Positions 1 to 9,406 of a DNA stretch of 64,000 nt are shown here, one piece after another. Source of the stretch: a virus. The position numbers were made by a program, and so were the translations under genes. Each line of letters starts with the position of its first letter. The first letter of the stretch is position 1. The DNA lies in IMG/VR virus record IMGVR_UViG_3300020057_000035, positions 32,001 through 96,000 of that record. The stretch is one strand, 5' to 3'. The notes beneath the pieces are model-generated. The model had not been told where the DNA came from. It worked only from the letters and a program-made list of their open reading frames with translations, and did not search any database.

Positions 1-215
1 GATTATCAGGATCTAATATGCGAAATAAAACACATTGCTCACAGGGACATCCCTATGTCGGAAACAATCTATATATACAACATGTTAGTTTTGGTAATGG
101 AATACGTAGAAAGTGTCGTACATGTATATCAATACAGAAAAAAGAATACTATTATGTGAAAAGTAAGGGGATTCCGCCATCCCATAACACACTAGGCAGT
201 GAGAGCGTAGAGTGA
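1..215 (+). CDS. C-terminal part of an HNH endonuclease-associated Zn-binding domain (5' truncated by window edge)
   Basis: Frame open from the window start; KTHCSQGHPY...RKCRTC motif typical of phage HNH endonuclease C-termini. Confidence 0.6.
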   Translation, partial: LSGSNMRNKTHCSQGHPYVGNNLYIQHVSFGNGIRRKCRTCISIQKKEYYYVKSKGIPPSHNTLGSESVE

Positions 216-1157
216 GAGATTACGCCACTCGGGATTGCCACTAGCTCTGATTTTAGCCGTGATTAACAAAGAGCGAAAATTCAATGTAGTAATCACCTCT
301 TGTTTTTGCTTAAGGAAACTTAAAGCATCACGCTTAATTTCCAGAGACAGTTCAGGCAAGACACTTTCCAGCACCGTTTCCATTCGTTCAATTTTCTCTG
401 AATTTGACATAGAGAGATCAACAGTAATTGCCCGAGTACGAATTGGTGGTGGAATTGAGTATTGCGGCTTGTTACTGATGAATACAATACCACCAGTAAA
501 GTTGAAACTAGAAGCATATCCTACTGCTGGCCTACCCGATACCCAAGAAACAGTTCTAGTCTCATAGCTATCAAGCGCGGCCTTAAGAAGATTGATTGTA
601 GTTTGATTTTCCAACACGCTATCACAGTCATCAAATACAATAATCTTATCGTAATTGTCGTGCATAGTCTCATACAAACCTAGTGGAGTAGTGAATCCAC
701 TAATAGGTAAGTATCCTGATTGATCACCCTCAATCATGTTCGATTCAAGACCGATAGATCGAAGCGTATCAAAGACCGTGTATGTCTTACCCAGACCGGA
801 TTCACCAGTAACAATCAAACTAGGCAGTTTGCGTTCTGCTACCATAGTAGTGAATTCTTCCAAGTACTTGAAGCGTTCATTGATAGTGAAGCTAGGGGTG
901 ATAGTCTTGGGTGCATACGTCTGAGTGACTGTACGAGACGTGTCAGAGCGAGTGCCTTTGGCCATTGAAGCATAGCCCTCGCCTACTTCTACAGCGGTCA
1001 CGCCCATCTTGAAAGCCTTGACGTTCTCGCCATTTTCTATGCGCCGAATGATTTGCTGCTTACCATTCTCACCCGTGCCCGTGCCAAGAGTGATGCCAGA
1101 ATAAGTACATACCCACTTTTGTCTTGCTATGTCGAATCTGAGCGATGCAGTTTTCAC
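192..1157 (-). CDS. Phage AAA-family ATPase
   Basis: Walker A GESGLGKT, Walker B IIVFDDCD, sensor IVFISN. Confidence 0.85.
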   Translation of the reverse strand: MKTASLRFDIARQKWVCTYSGITLGTGTGENGKQQIIRRIENGENVKAFKMGVTAVEVGEGYASMAKGTRSDTSRTVTQTYAPKTITPSFTINERFKYLEEFTTMVAERKLPSLIVTGESGLGKTYTVFDTLRSIGLESNMIEGDQSGYLPISGFTTPLGLYETMHDNYDKIIVFDDCDSVLENQTTINLLKAALDSYETRTVSWVSGRPAVGYASSFNFTGGIVFISNKPQYSIPPPIRTRAITVDLSMSNSEKIERMETVLESVLPELSLEIKRDALSFLKQKQEVITTLNFRSLLITAKIRASGNPEWRNLSLYALTA

Positions 1158-1294
1158 GATGCCTTACCTTTGCGTTCCCGCCGTCATCAAGCTTATGCTC
1201 GTGCGGCTGATGTACTTAAATATAGCTTAAGTCTGGGTTTGGGTCAAGCCACTGGAATAGATGTATCCTATCTCAGCTATAGACCAGATGCTAC

Positions 1295-1323
1295 TTGACA
1301 CAAAAGCTGTTAGGAGGTAAGAT
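1295..1323 (+). promoter_or_regulatory. sigma70-type promoter
   Basis: TTGACA-17 nt-TAAGAT. Confidence 0.7.
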
Positions 1324-1331
1324 ACAGTAAG

Positions 1332-1604
1332 TTGAAAGGATACCTAATGAACACTGACACAGATTACAGCTTGATTCGTCCCAACATTCGAGAATCCCTC
1401 GATAATTATGTGAATTTTGGCTATCATCCGGGCGGATTTCTAACCGCAGTATTGGAAAACAATCTCTCTGAGGCTATTGCGCGCGCAGATTTACAAAATC
1501 TTGAAACACTGCCTGCCCTCGTCTCATATGTCTACAATGAGATGCCCCGCAATTGTTGGGGTAATCCTAAGTTTGTTACACACTGGCTTAATAGTCATGC
1601 TTGA
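1332..1604 (+). CDS. Conserved phage hypothetical protein (start probably ATG 1347)
   Basis: PGGFLTAVLENNL...CWG motif; AAGGA upstream of the ATG. Confidence 0.7.
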   Translation: MKGYLMNTDTDYSLIRPNIRESLDNYVNFGYHPGGFLTAVLENNLSEAIARADLQNLETLPALVSYVYNEMPRNCWGNPKFVTHWLNSHA

Positions 1605-1667
1605 CACAAACGTCTAGGTATGCTAAGTTATAAATGTTGAGTGAAGAGAATATCTGATCTCTTTTAT

Positions 1668-1735
1668 GCCGGGATGGTGCAATGGCTTTAAGTCCCGTCC
1701 CTCCTTAAGCAAGAGGTTGCTCGCTCCCGGTACCA
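1668..1735 (+). pseudogene. Degenerate tRNA-like gene (Leu-like 5' end, no T-arm)
   Basis: Acceptor stem GCCGGGA/TCCCGGT plus ACCA; interior does not fold as a cloverleaf. Confidence 0.5.
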
Positions 1736-1872
1736 TAGGATATTACTCGGTAGTAATACTGGGTTTTAGGGTCTTCGTCCGGCAAGAAACAATACATAAA
1801 TAGTTGCCCTGTTCTATTTATGCTAGTCTCAATAATTGCCCAGCGAAACATTAACAGGGCAAAAATCACCAC

Positions 1873-1937
1873 TTGACACAACGTGTCGTTGACACAAACG
1901 CAAAACGCTTGACACAGTAGAAAAAGTATGATACAAT
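1873..1937 (+). promoter_or_regulatory. Stacked TTGACACA repeats ending in a consensus promoter for the tRNA cluster
   Basis: TTGACACA at 1873, 1889, 1909; last copy TTGACA-17-TACAAT. Confidence 0.75.
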
Positions 1938-1943
1938 AGTCCT

Positions 1944-2021
1944 GCACAGATAATTCAAAGGAAGAATCTTAGTCTTATATACTAATGGGTGGTTTGGGTT
2001 CGAGTCCCCCTCTGTGTACCA
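1944..2021 (+). tRNA. tRNA-Ile(TAT)
   Basis: GCACAGA/TCTGTGT acceptor, TTAGT-CTTATAT-ACTAA anticodon arm, TTCGAGT T-loop, CCA; T-stem imperfect. Confidence 0.75.
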
Positions 2022-2033
2022 TACAAATTAAGT

Positions 2034-2107
2034 CGCGTGATGGTGTAAAAGTAACACATGGCGCTCATAACGTTAGGTTCTAAGTGAGATTCTTAGTCAC
2101 GCTACCA
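2034..2107 (+). tRNA. tRNA-Met(CAT), initiator-like (C1:U72 mismatch)
   Basis: CGCGTGA/TCACGCT, TGGCG-CTCATAA-CGTTA, CTAAG/CTTAG T-stem, ACCA. Confidence 0.8.
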
Positions 2108-2156
2108 GTTATTTAAAGTAAAAAGTTTTGCTGGTTTAAAACGTGAAAACCAGAAG

Positions 2157-2233
2157 TTGACACAACGTGTCGTTGACACAACGTGTCGTTGACACAACGT
2201 GTCGTTGACACAAATACAAAACTGTGTTAAGAT
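2157..2233 (+). repeat. Three tandem 16-bp units TTGACACAACGTGTCG followed by a promoter
   Basis: Exact copies at 2157, 2173, 2189; fourth TTGACA (2205)-17-TAAGAT. Confidence 0.95.
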
Positions 2234-2272
2234 AGATTCACATGTGACTATAGTGTGTTTTATTTTACTCGT

Positions 2273-2308
2273 GCGCTTGTAGCTCAATGGACAGAATACT
2301 GCGCTTCT
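2273..2308 (+). pseudogene. 5' half of a tRNA-Arg(TCT), truncated at the anticodon
   Basis: GCGCTTG TA GCTC AATGGACA GAAT A CTGCG CT TCT then unrelated sequence. Confidence 0.7.
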
Positions 2309-2331
2309 CGCTCCGGTATGCCGCCACGGTT

Positions 2332-2994
2332 CTAGAATTTAATATTCAAAATACCGTTATCAAATTCCCAATGACAATTTGGACATAATTGAACTACGTT
2401 AGAGGGATCATTTATTTCTCCTACTGTAGTAGTAAGGGGATAAGTAGATACAGCTTTAATATGAGCTAACTCCACATGTTTAATATAACCACAAACATAA
2501 CATGGAAGTAGACAGAGATCACGGTTCCATGATCTACAGAAGTTTCTGACTGCTACATTGGCCCATGAAGGGTGTTTATCTACTACATTATTTTTTGTGC
2601 GATACTCTTCAATTGTTAAATTTTTATAATAAGCAGTCTTGTCTGCACCAGTACAGGGTTTACATTTGGTTCTTTTATAGGTTACTATATTTCCGCACTT
2701 GTTAATACATTGTTTTTTATGATTCTCTTGCCAAATTTTAACTTTTTGACTTTTTGTTAATTTAGTATATTCTAATTGCTGTGGTGTGCTTCTATTAACA
2801 GGGTCTCTAGCAGTCGTGCAAGCATCACAAATTATTCTTCGATAACTAAGTATTTTAGTAGAATCACAACAGTATTTGCATACTCGCATAATTTTTTCTC
2901 TCTTTGGAGATAATGTATTGTTGACTATGGTGGCGCACGATCTAGAACAAAATTTTGGATTCTTAGTTTCCACTTGACAACTAAAACACTTCAT
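2332..2994 (-). CDS. HNH homing endonuclease with N-terminal Cys-rich Zn fingers
   Basis: CYVCG...ELAHIK...NVVQLCPNCHWEFD; FCSRSC motif. Confidence 0.9.
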   Translation of the reverse strand: MKCFSCQVETKNPKFCSRSCATIVNNTLSPKREKIMRVCKYCCDSTKILSYRRIICDACTTARDPVNRSTPQQLEYTKLTKSQKVKIWQENHKKQCINKCGNIVTYKRTKCKPCTGADKTAYYKNLTIEEYRTKNNVVDKHPSWANVAVRNFCRSWNRDLCLLPCYVCGYIKHVELAHIKAVSTYPLTTTVGEINDPSNVVQLCPNCHWEFDNGILNIKF

Positions 2995-3011
2995 GGTATA
3001 CTTCTCTCTAC

Positions 3012-3087
3012 GGCCCTATGGTGTAACGAAAAACATAATTCTCTTCTAAAGAATAGATTCTAGGTTTGATTCCTAGTAGGGCTACCA
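3012..3087 (+). tRNA. tRNA-Arg(TCT)
   Basis: GGCCCTA/TAGGGCT, ATTCT-CTTCTAA-AGAAT, CTAGG/CCTAG, ACCA. Confidence 0.9.
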
Positions 3088-3348
3088 ATCTATTATAACA
3101 TGCTTTTTATGAAAAGGAGAAAGCTAATTGGATTCATGCAGGTTCGAGTCCTGTCCGGAGTTCCATTTTCTATTTATCAGGATTATCATGTTCCCAATGA
3201 CAATTAGGACATAATTGAGAGAGGTTTTATATGTAATTATTAATTCCGTTTGTAACTCAGTAAGTAAAGTAGGAAGCTTTTTGTCCAAATTTAATTCAAC
3301 GTGGTCTTTCGCCCAAACCACTTGACACATATCAACAGATAAACACGT

Positions 3349-3426
3349 GCTCTCGTAGCTTAGCCTGGTTAAAGCAAAAAACTTTTAATTTTGAGATCGA
3401 AAGTTCAAATCTTTCCGAGAGTACCA
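3349..3426 (+). tRNA. tRNA-Lys(TTT)
   Basis: GCTCTCG/CGAGAGT, loop CTTTTAA, GAAAG-TTCAAAT-CTTTC, ACCA. Confidence 0.85.
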
Positions 3427-3842
3427 CCTAACTTTGCCGTAAATCACCTACTAGAGAAGCCACGAATCGAAATAAGTGGTTAGTATGTTTAGTGGAGTTT
3501 AGCTCATAAACCACTAACTAAAATAAATAGGGAGATAAATTATGATTAGTTTTGGATTACAAATAGGAAGTTATATTGCTGTTCTTCTTTTGACTGGCTT
3601 TGGTGCTTTTCTTGAGTGGATGTTTGGTTGGTTTTAATTACTATTTTTGCGCCCCTTGACACAAATCAAACTATGTAGTAAAGTAAGCTGACAAGAGGAG
3701 GAAAAACATGAATTGCTGTTCTTCTTTTGACTGGAGGTAGAGAAGCAAAGTAAAGTTTTTCTACCTCTCAGAATTATGTTAAGTAGAACAAGTGTTCTGG
3801 AAAATTATTATGTCAAGTTTTATTTCTATATATACAGTTTTT

Positions 3843-4000
3843 AAAAATCCCACGAAATTCTTTATATATGGCGAACAAAAACCCCCACGTAATTTTCTAT
3901 ATATGGCGAACAAAAAAATCCCACGTAATTCTTTATATGGATTTTTAAAAAAACCGGCGGAATTCTTTATATATAGAGTGAAGAAATCCCACGAAGTTTT
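3843..4000. repeat. Imperfect ~35-bp tandem repeats (CCCACGNAATTYTYTATAT...)
   Basis: About 4-5 units, two sharing TATATATGGCGAACAAAAA. Confidence 0.85.
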
Positions 4001-4068
4001 AAAATAGATAGTACGCCCTTTTCTTCTTTCCTTCTAGAGTTAACTCTGTGTTGGCGCACTACCTAGAT

Positions 4069-4133
4069 GCAATGCCCTCTCATACCTACGAGTATTCTTT
4101 TATGAAGAAGTTAGGTTCCTGTGAGGGCATTGC
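4069..4133. other. Long imperfect hairpin
   Basis: GCAATGCCCTC/GAGGGCATTGC outer stem, ACCTA/TAGGT and TTCTT/AAGAA inner stems. Confidence 0.7.
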
Positions 4134-4170
4134 TATTGACATATCCCCAAAAGTGTGATATCTTGAGCAT

Positions 4171-4623
4171 ATGAACAAAGGATTCTGTATAAAAGAAACC
4201 CGTAGAGCTAGACCTAATGATGTTGATGTTACAAACATGGTTAAAGTCTATAAATATGTATTAAATTGTACTAATTCTTATCTTAATATTCCTTTTCCAA
4301 ACTATTTTGATATTAGGTGGTTGCGTACTTTATTTACTAAATTAGAACTTAATATAGATAATATATTAAGAACCGAGGATATCCCTAAAGCAAATAAAAG
4401 CTATTCTGAAAATATATTACTAGACTTATTAGAATAAGATGTAAGATGGAAAATAAATAGTATAAATACTTATGCTGCTATAAATAAATTTATTAATATT
4501 CATCCTTTTATTGATGCAAATAAAAGAATAGCAAACTTAATACTCAATAGTATATGTGGTACTCTTGAGCACCCTATAACAATTGAAAGACTAAAATCTC
4601 AAATGTTAAATTTCAAATATTAA
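4171..4623 (+). pseudogene. Fic/Doc-family protein interrupted by one in-frame TAA (4435-4437)
   Basis: Same frame continues to HPFIDANKRIA (Doc-type Fic motif) and stops at 4621-4623; promoter TTGACA-17-TATCTT upstream. Confidence 0.8.
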
Positions 4624-4791
4624 AATAGAAATCTGAAATTATAAAAATCAAAATGTAAATCTGAAGTTTTAAATTCTAAAAATGAAAATATAAAATTAAA
4701 ATCTCCAAATATAAATTATAAAATCAAAATCTGAAATTATAAAAATCATACGCAATGTGTCTAAATGAATTACTTTGGTATAAATTAAAAT

Positions 4792-5025
4792 ATGATAATA
4801 CAGATACAATCTAAAAAAAGCATAGAAGCAATACAATATGATGGAACAAACGAAAGAGAGATAATTGACTGGGCTAAACCAAAATCAAGTTATATAAAAT
4901 CTGGTGGAGTGAATAGATTCGAATTTGAAGGAATAACAATACATAAAACTGATTGGTTTATAAACTTAAATCTAACCATGATAGTTTGTACTAATGAACA
5001 ATTCACAGATACCTATGATACATAA
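4792..5025 (+). CDS. Phage hypothetical protein
   Basis: IEAIQYDGTN...FTDTY, common small phage family. Confidence 0.65.
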   Translation: MIIQIQSKKSIEAIQYDGTNEREIIDWAKPKSSYIKSGGVNRFEFEGITIHKTDWFINLNLTMIVCTNEQFTDTYDT

Positions 5026-5747
5026 TTGCTTAAATTTAATTTCTTTAATTTTGGTTGTTTCGCACCCATAACACCGCTGCTATCCATATAGCTGCTGAAC
5101 CGTTCCACACTCACTACAGCACTAAAAAAGAAACGCTAATATAAATTACAACAGAAATACCAGTACTAAAGACTGGGGATAAGATTTAAAAAGAATGTTA
5201 GTAGAAACTTAATGAAGTATCCAAGTAAATTTAATTACTTTTCTTTTAATTTGCCATTTTTGGTCTCATAATCTTAATTTTATCTGCTTTTATGGTTCAG
5301 TCGGTCTTTATATTATTCACCGGTGATTCAGGGCATTAGGATTAAGAAAAATCCACAGGTAAGAAACATAATTCTTCATAAGTATGAAAGGTTAAATAGA
5401 TATTACTTAACCAATTATTCGAAGAGAACTACCTAATCTAACATAACTATGTACGCTGCCTGCATACTATTAGATTGATATCTATGTCTTAATTATACCA
5501 CAGAATCTAAGAAAAGAAATGAATTATATTTACAAACTATTACCACATTTAACAAGAGGTTTTATATATTTCTCTACTTTAGAAAAGGCAAAAGAATACG
5601 CAAATGAATCTAAAGATTGGGAGTATAAACATTTTAACAAAAGAATATGGATAGCTAAATTCGGTATCTAACAGAAGAAGAAATAGACCACATCTACAGT
5701 AATACCACCAGACATTAAGAGCAACTTCATATCTGATAGGCGATATT

Positions 5748-5939
5748 ACTAGATTTTGCTTTTTATTATGGACACACAGTCACCTAACTAGATTTTGCTT
5801 TTTATTATGGACACACAACTGCCTAAGATGGATAATCTAAGTGTTTTGGGGTTTTCAGATGGATAATCTAAGTGTTTTCAGGTGTTCTCAGATGTTTTGG
5901 TGTTTTCAGGTGTTCTCAGATGGATAATCTAAGTGTTTT
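5748..5939. repeat. Cluster of direct repeats
   Basis: ACTAGATTTTGCTTTTTATTATGGACACACA x2, AGATGGATAATCTAAGTGTTTT x3, TTTTCAGGTGTTCTCAGATG x2. Confidence 0.9.
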
Positions 5940-6549
5940 GCTACTAAATAGGGGGGTTTTGGATCGGGTTCGAGTAAATTTTTATATTCTTATTAGCTTC
6001 TTACTATTAGTAGGCTCTATTTTAATGATTTATATATAAAGTATATTATTATTTGTTATCCTGATTTTTGTATTTTATACCTATACCAAATGTTAAGTTC
6101 TAACATTCTTTACTTTTCATAACTACATATATAGTATTACCTAATTTTCCTTTTTTGCGCCCTTGGGTTTTTGAGGCGGTACATAATCAATATTGGAAGG
6201 ATTATTCGTATAATAATTAAATCAGATATTAAGTTATTAAATGTCACGATCTACACTACTACTGTAGATTTAAGTTTATTTTGCGGTTCTAAGTATGAGA
6301 TTGATGTTGATCCACTGGATATCTCAAAATCAATCATGTTAGTTATTGATCATTCTATTAATAGGATTATTCATGTTAGACCTACAGATTGGTTGTTTTC
6401 TAATTCTAATTGCGACTTTCTTATAGTTTTTCATGAAGATGAATTTAATAATATATTTGAAGTAGCGTCAATTACTCACTAATTAATTAATGCTAAAAGT
6501 GGAAATGTTGCCACTTGACAAGTACAGACGAAGCTGGTATACTGAAGCT

Positions 6550-7137
6550 ATGAAACCATATAATATTCAATCAGAAAACGAACAATATCTTTTTAGTCTT
6601 TATGCCCAGCCTCATAGGTATTACCATACAAGGGAGCATATTTTCAATATGCTTTCTGGACTTAGTGATTTTGTATATTGTTCTTATTTAACTCAAAAAG
6701 AAGTAGATCTATTAACTATAGCTATTTGTTATCATGACGCTATTTATGATCCACAAGCGAGTGATAATGAACTTAATAGTGTTGCATTAATGATGTTACA
6801 TTATAATAATATTTTGCCCTTAGAGGATATTAAAACTGTTACTCATTTGATTATGGCTACTAAAGATCACATCAGTTATGATCTATTAAGTAGTATTATT
6901 ATTGATCTTGATCTTTGCGTTTTTGGATCTTCTGAGAAAAAGTATAAGAAATATGCAAAGAGCATTAGAAAAGAATATGGTCATGTATCACAAGAAGACT
7001 ATGTTAAAGGTAGAACTGATGTATTGAATTCTTTTCTCAATAAAGAAAATATATATTCTAATGATTTCTTTGGAAACTTATATGAGAAGAAAGCAAGAAC
7101 AAACATCAAATCAGAAATATATTTATTGGAGAGATAG
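6550..7137 (+). CDS. HD-superfamily metal-dependent phosphohydrolase
   Basis: RYYHTREHI, YHDAIYDP, DLDL, IRKEY; start placed at ATG 6550 behind TTGACA-17-TATACT. Confidence 0.85.
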   Translation: MKPYNIQSENEQYLFSLYAQPHRYYHTREHIFNMLSGLSDFVYCSYLTQKEVDLLTIAICYHDAIYDPQASDNELNSVALMMLHYNNILPLEDIKTVTHLIMATKDHISYDLLSSIIIDLDLCVFGSSEKKYKKYAKSIRKEYGHVSQEDYVKGRTDVLNSFLNKENIYSNDFFGNLYEKKARTNIKSEIYLLER

Positions 7138-7987
7138 TTAACAGGCAGTAACCAAAGAATTAAGGTCTTTAGGGCACGAAGCATACTCTTGTGATTTACG
7201 ACCTTGTTCTGGTGGTCACTCAGAATGACATTTACAATGTGATGTATAATAAATATTATTTAAATCTAAAACAACATTTATTTTGTAGGTTTTTCCACAA
7301 AGAAGATCTCTGTTTTGGTGGTCAACTTAAATACTGGCACTGTATGAGATGTAATTTTTGTAGTGAAAAGTCATTTTTGTAGTGAAAAATTTGATTTTTC
7401 ACATGAACTGGACAATTAGTTTAGATGATCTAAACTCGGCATTAGGAGACGCTTTCTATTCTTAATGCTCACATCGCGTTAATAGAATTCATGAAAAAGA
7501 GCAATCATCTTGATCGCTGTGCAATTTTATTTTCAACACACCCGTTTGAACCCGATGATTGCGATTGTGGTTTAACTTCACTGAAGGAGAAATTTAAAAA
7601 ATGGAATATTATGTATTTAGACTTATATTTTGTATGGGATTAATTAGTTTAATTTTTGCTGAAATACATATCAAAGATGTGAATGTTTTTCTACAAATAT
7701 TGTGGGTTGGTTTTTCTTTATTCTTAATTGGCATGTCTTTAGATGAAATGTATGGTAATAAAAATTAATGAGAATTTATTGAAACAAGCGTCGTATATTG
7801 GAAATTCAATCATTGCAGAAATTCGTAAATTAAAAGAAGGGCTTCTTAACTAATATGAGAGAAATAGGAATGTGGATATTAAGTGCCTTTATACTCATGC
7901 AAACATTTAGTAATTACGTACAAAGGGCAGATATAAATAAAAACACTAAAGACATTAAAAAATTACAGATATTTAATTGGAAATTAA

Positions 7988-8278
7988 ATGAGTAAAGCGT
8001 CAAATAAAGTTGCTTTAAGTCAACAAACTAAAATCCTAATAGTACTACAAGATACTGGATTAGAGTTAATTAGTTGGAATACTGATATGGATTTTTCAGT
8101 ATTTGAGACAGAGAAACCCCATATTAGACACGATATATATAGTCAACTTGCAGTCGTACTAAAGAGATTTAGTGCTGCTGAAAAAGCATGTAGGGTATTT
8201 GACGAATTGGGTTATGGTTCGGCTGAATTAGATGATTGGAGAGTACTGGCAAAAGGAAGACCAATACAAAATGAGTAA
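7988..8278 (+). CDS. Hypothetical protein
   Basis: ORF in co-directional gene string. Confidence 0.55.
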   Translation: MSKASNKVALSQQTKILIVLQDTGLELISWNTDMDFSVFETEKPHIRHDIYSQLAVVLKRFSAAEKACRVFDELGYGSAELDDWRVLAKGRPIQNE

Positions 8279-8319
8279 TATAATAGAACAATGTTTAAAA
8301 TGTAAGAAATGGAGATATA

Positions 8320-8670
8320 ATGAGTATTTTATCTAATAAAAATCTACCAGTAGTAACTTTAGCCTCTTGGGAAGGCGTAATAACAAACACAAAAGAACAA
8401 GGGTATACAGACTCTGTTTCTATTCCTCCGTGGTTAGACATATGTGGATATGATCTTTCTTCTTGTATAGAATTTAATGCGGCTCCATTTTCTATTACTG
8501 ATATTGTTGAAGTTATGTTGCTTAAAGAAGGAGAGCGTGATAGTGGTGCTTGGGAGTGGATTATTACACTAAATAATCGCGATAAATATTTTATCCAAGG
8601 ATCGTGTGATTATACTGGTTGGGATTGTCAAAGTGGTGCAAGTTACGTAAGACTACCTCGTGAACGATAA
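8320..8670 (+). CDS. Phage hypothetical protein
   Basis: GGAG RBS; EGERD...CDYTGWDCQ motif. Confidence 0.7.
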   Translation: MSILSNKNLPVVTLASWEGVITNTKEQGYTDSVSIPPWLDICGYDLSSCIEFNAAPFSITDIVEVMLLKEGERDSGAWEWIITLNNRDKYFIQGSCDYTGWDCQSGASYVRLPRER

Positions 8671-9076
8671 CTCTTGCATGTGTACTCATACAAACGAGAA
8701 GTATTTCTTTAGTCTAGATGGGAAAGAATATGTTGATGAAGAATTAGCTTTAGTTAGATTACTTAGTGATGGTATTTTATTTTCTAACTCTCGCGATTAT
8801 TCTCTTACTTTAGATGGAAACCTTGTTAATGCCGGTCACACTATAGTTCTTTTTGTATCCTGTAACGATATTTTTTATTGGGGAACAGCAGATGGAGAAA
8901 ATATAAGTCATGATGAAATTGGTTCATTATTAAAAATGCATTTAGATGATCCAGAGTGGGGTAGTATAAAATGGTGTTGTAAAAAGCGTAATCTACAACC
9001 ACAAGTACCAGTTAAACTAGATATGATTACTGCTGGTGCGTGGGAAGAGTGGATGAATCAACTACCAGAACGATAA
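8660..9076 (+). CDS. Phage hypothetical protein
   Basis: CNDIFYWGTADGE...WCC...PQ motif; overlaps previous gene. Confidence 0.7.
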   Translation: MNDNSCMCTHTNEKYFFSLDGKEYVDEELALVRLLSDGILFSNSRDYSLTLDGNLVNAGHTIVLFVSCNDIFYWGTADGENISHDEIGSLLKMHLDDPEWGSIKWCCKKRNLQPQVPVKLDMITAGAWEEWMNQLPER

Positions 9077-9171
9077 TAATAAAGAAATTAATTAGTGAGT
9101 AGTTCATGAGGTAGAAAGCTGTCTCTTGACAAGCAGATGAAGTAGTGTTACGATATAAACAAGACTTAATT

Positions 9172-9245
9172 TCCGGGGTAGAACAGTGGTAGTTCGGTGA
9201 TCTTTGGAATCACACACGAGAGTTCGATTCTTTCCCCCGGAACCA
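9172..9245 (+). tRNA. tRNA-Gln(TTG)
   Basis: TCCGGGG/CCCCGGA, GTGAT-CTTTGGA-ATCAC, TTCGATT, ACCA. Confidence 0.9.
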
Positions 9246-9309
9246 AATAGTGGCGCACTAGAATAGTAGAAGTTCGTAAGAGTCCAAATCTCCCCAAGAG
9301 TACTATTTT

Positions 9310-9383
9310 ACCACTATCGTTCAACGACAGGACATGTGACTGATATTCACATAATCTAAGTTTAATTCTTAGTAGTGGTACCA
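9310..9383 (+). tRNA. tRNA-Ile(GAT)
   Basis: ACCACTA/TAGTGGT, TGTGA-CTGATAT-TCACA, CTAAG/CTTAG, ACCA. Confidence 0.8.
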
Positions 9384-9406
9384 ACTATAATAAGGAAATA
9401 TAAATA

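Larger units (their letters stand above)
2310..3165 (+). pseudogene. Non-canonical tRNA-like gene in two pieces (2310-2334 and ~3117-3165) separated by an HNH plus tRNA insert
   Basis: 5' GCTCCGG pairs 7/7 with 3' CCGGAGT-T-CCA; T-arm GCAGG-TTCGAGT-CCTGT in the 3' piece. Confidence 0.65.

Noticed and set aside
2157-2212. Possible CRISPR array
   Set aside because: 16-bp units are directly adjacent with no spacers; no cas operon
2335-3116. Group I intron in a tRNA anticodon loop
   Set aside because: No recognisable catalytic core; the insert is almost fully an antisense HNH ORF plus a tRNA
3792-4007. 71-aa ORF across the tandem repeats
   Set aside because: Low-complexity translation of a DNA repeat
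4435-5130. Stop-codon reassignment suggested by in-frame TAA (Fic gene) and a TAG in a small - strand Cys-rich frame near 5087
   Set aside because: Conserved genes end properly at TAA, TAG and TGA and long ORFs are intact in the standard code; no suppressor tRNA seen
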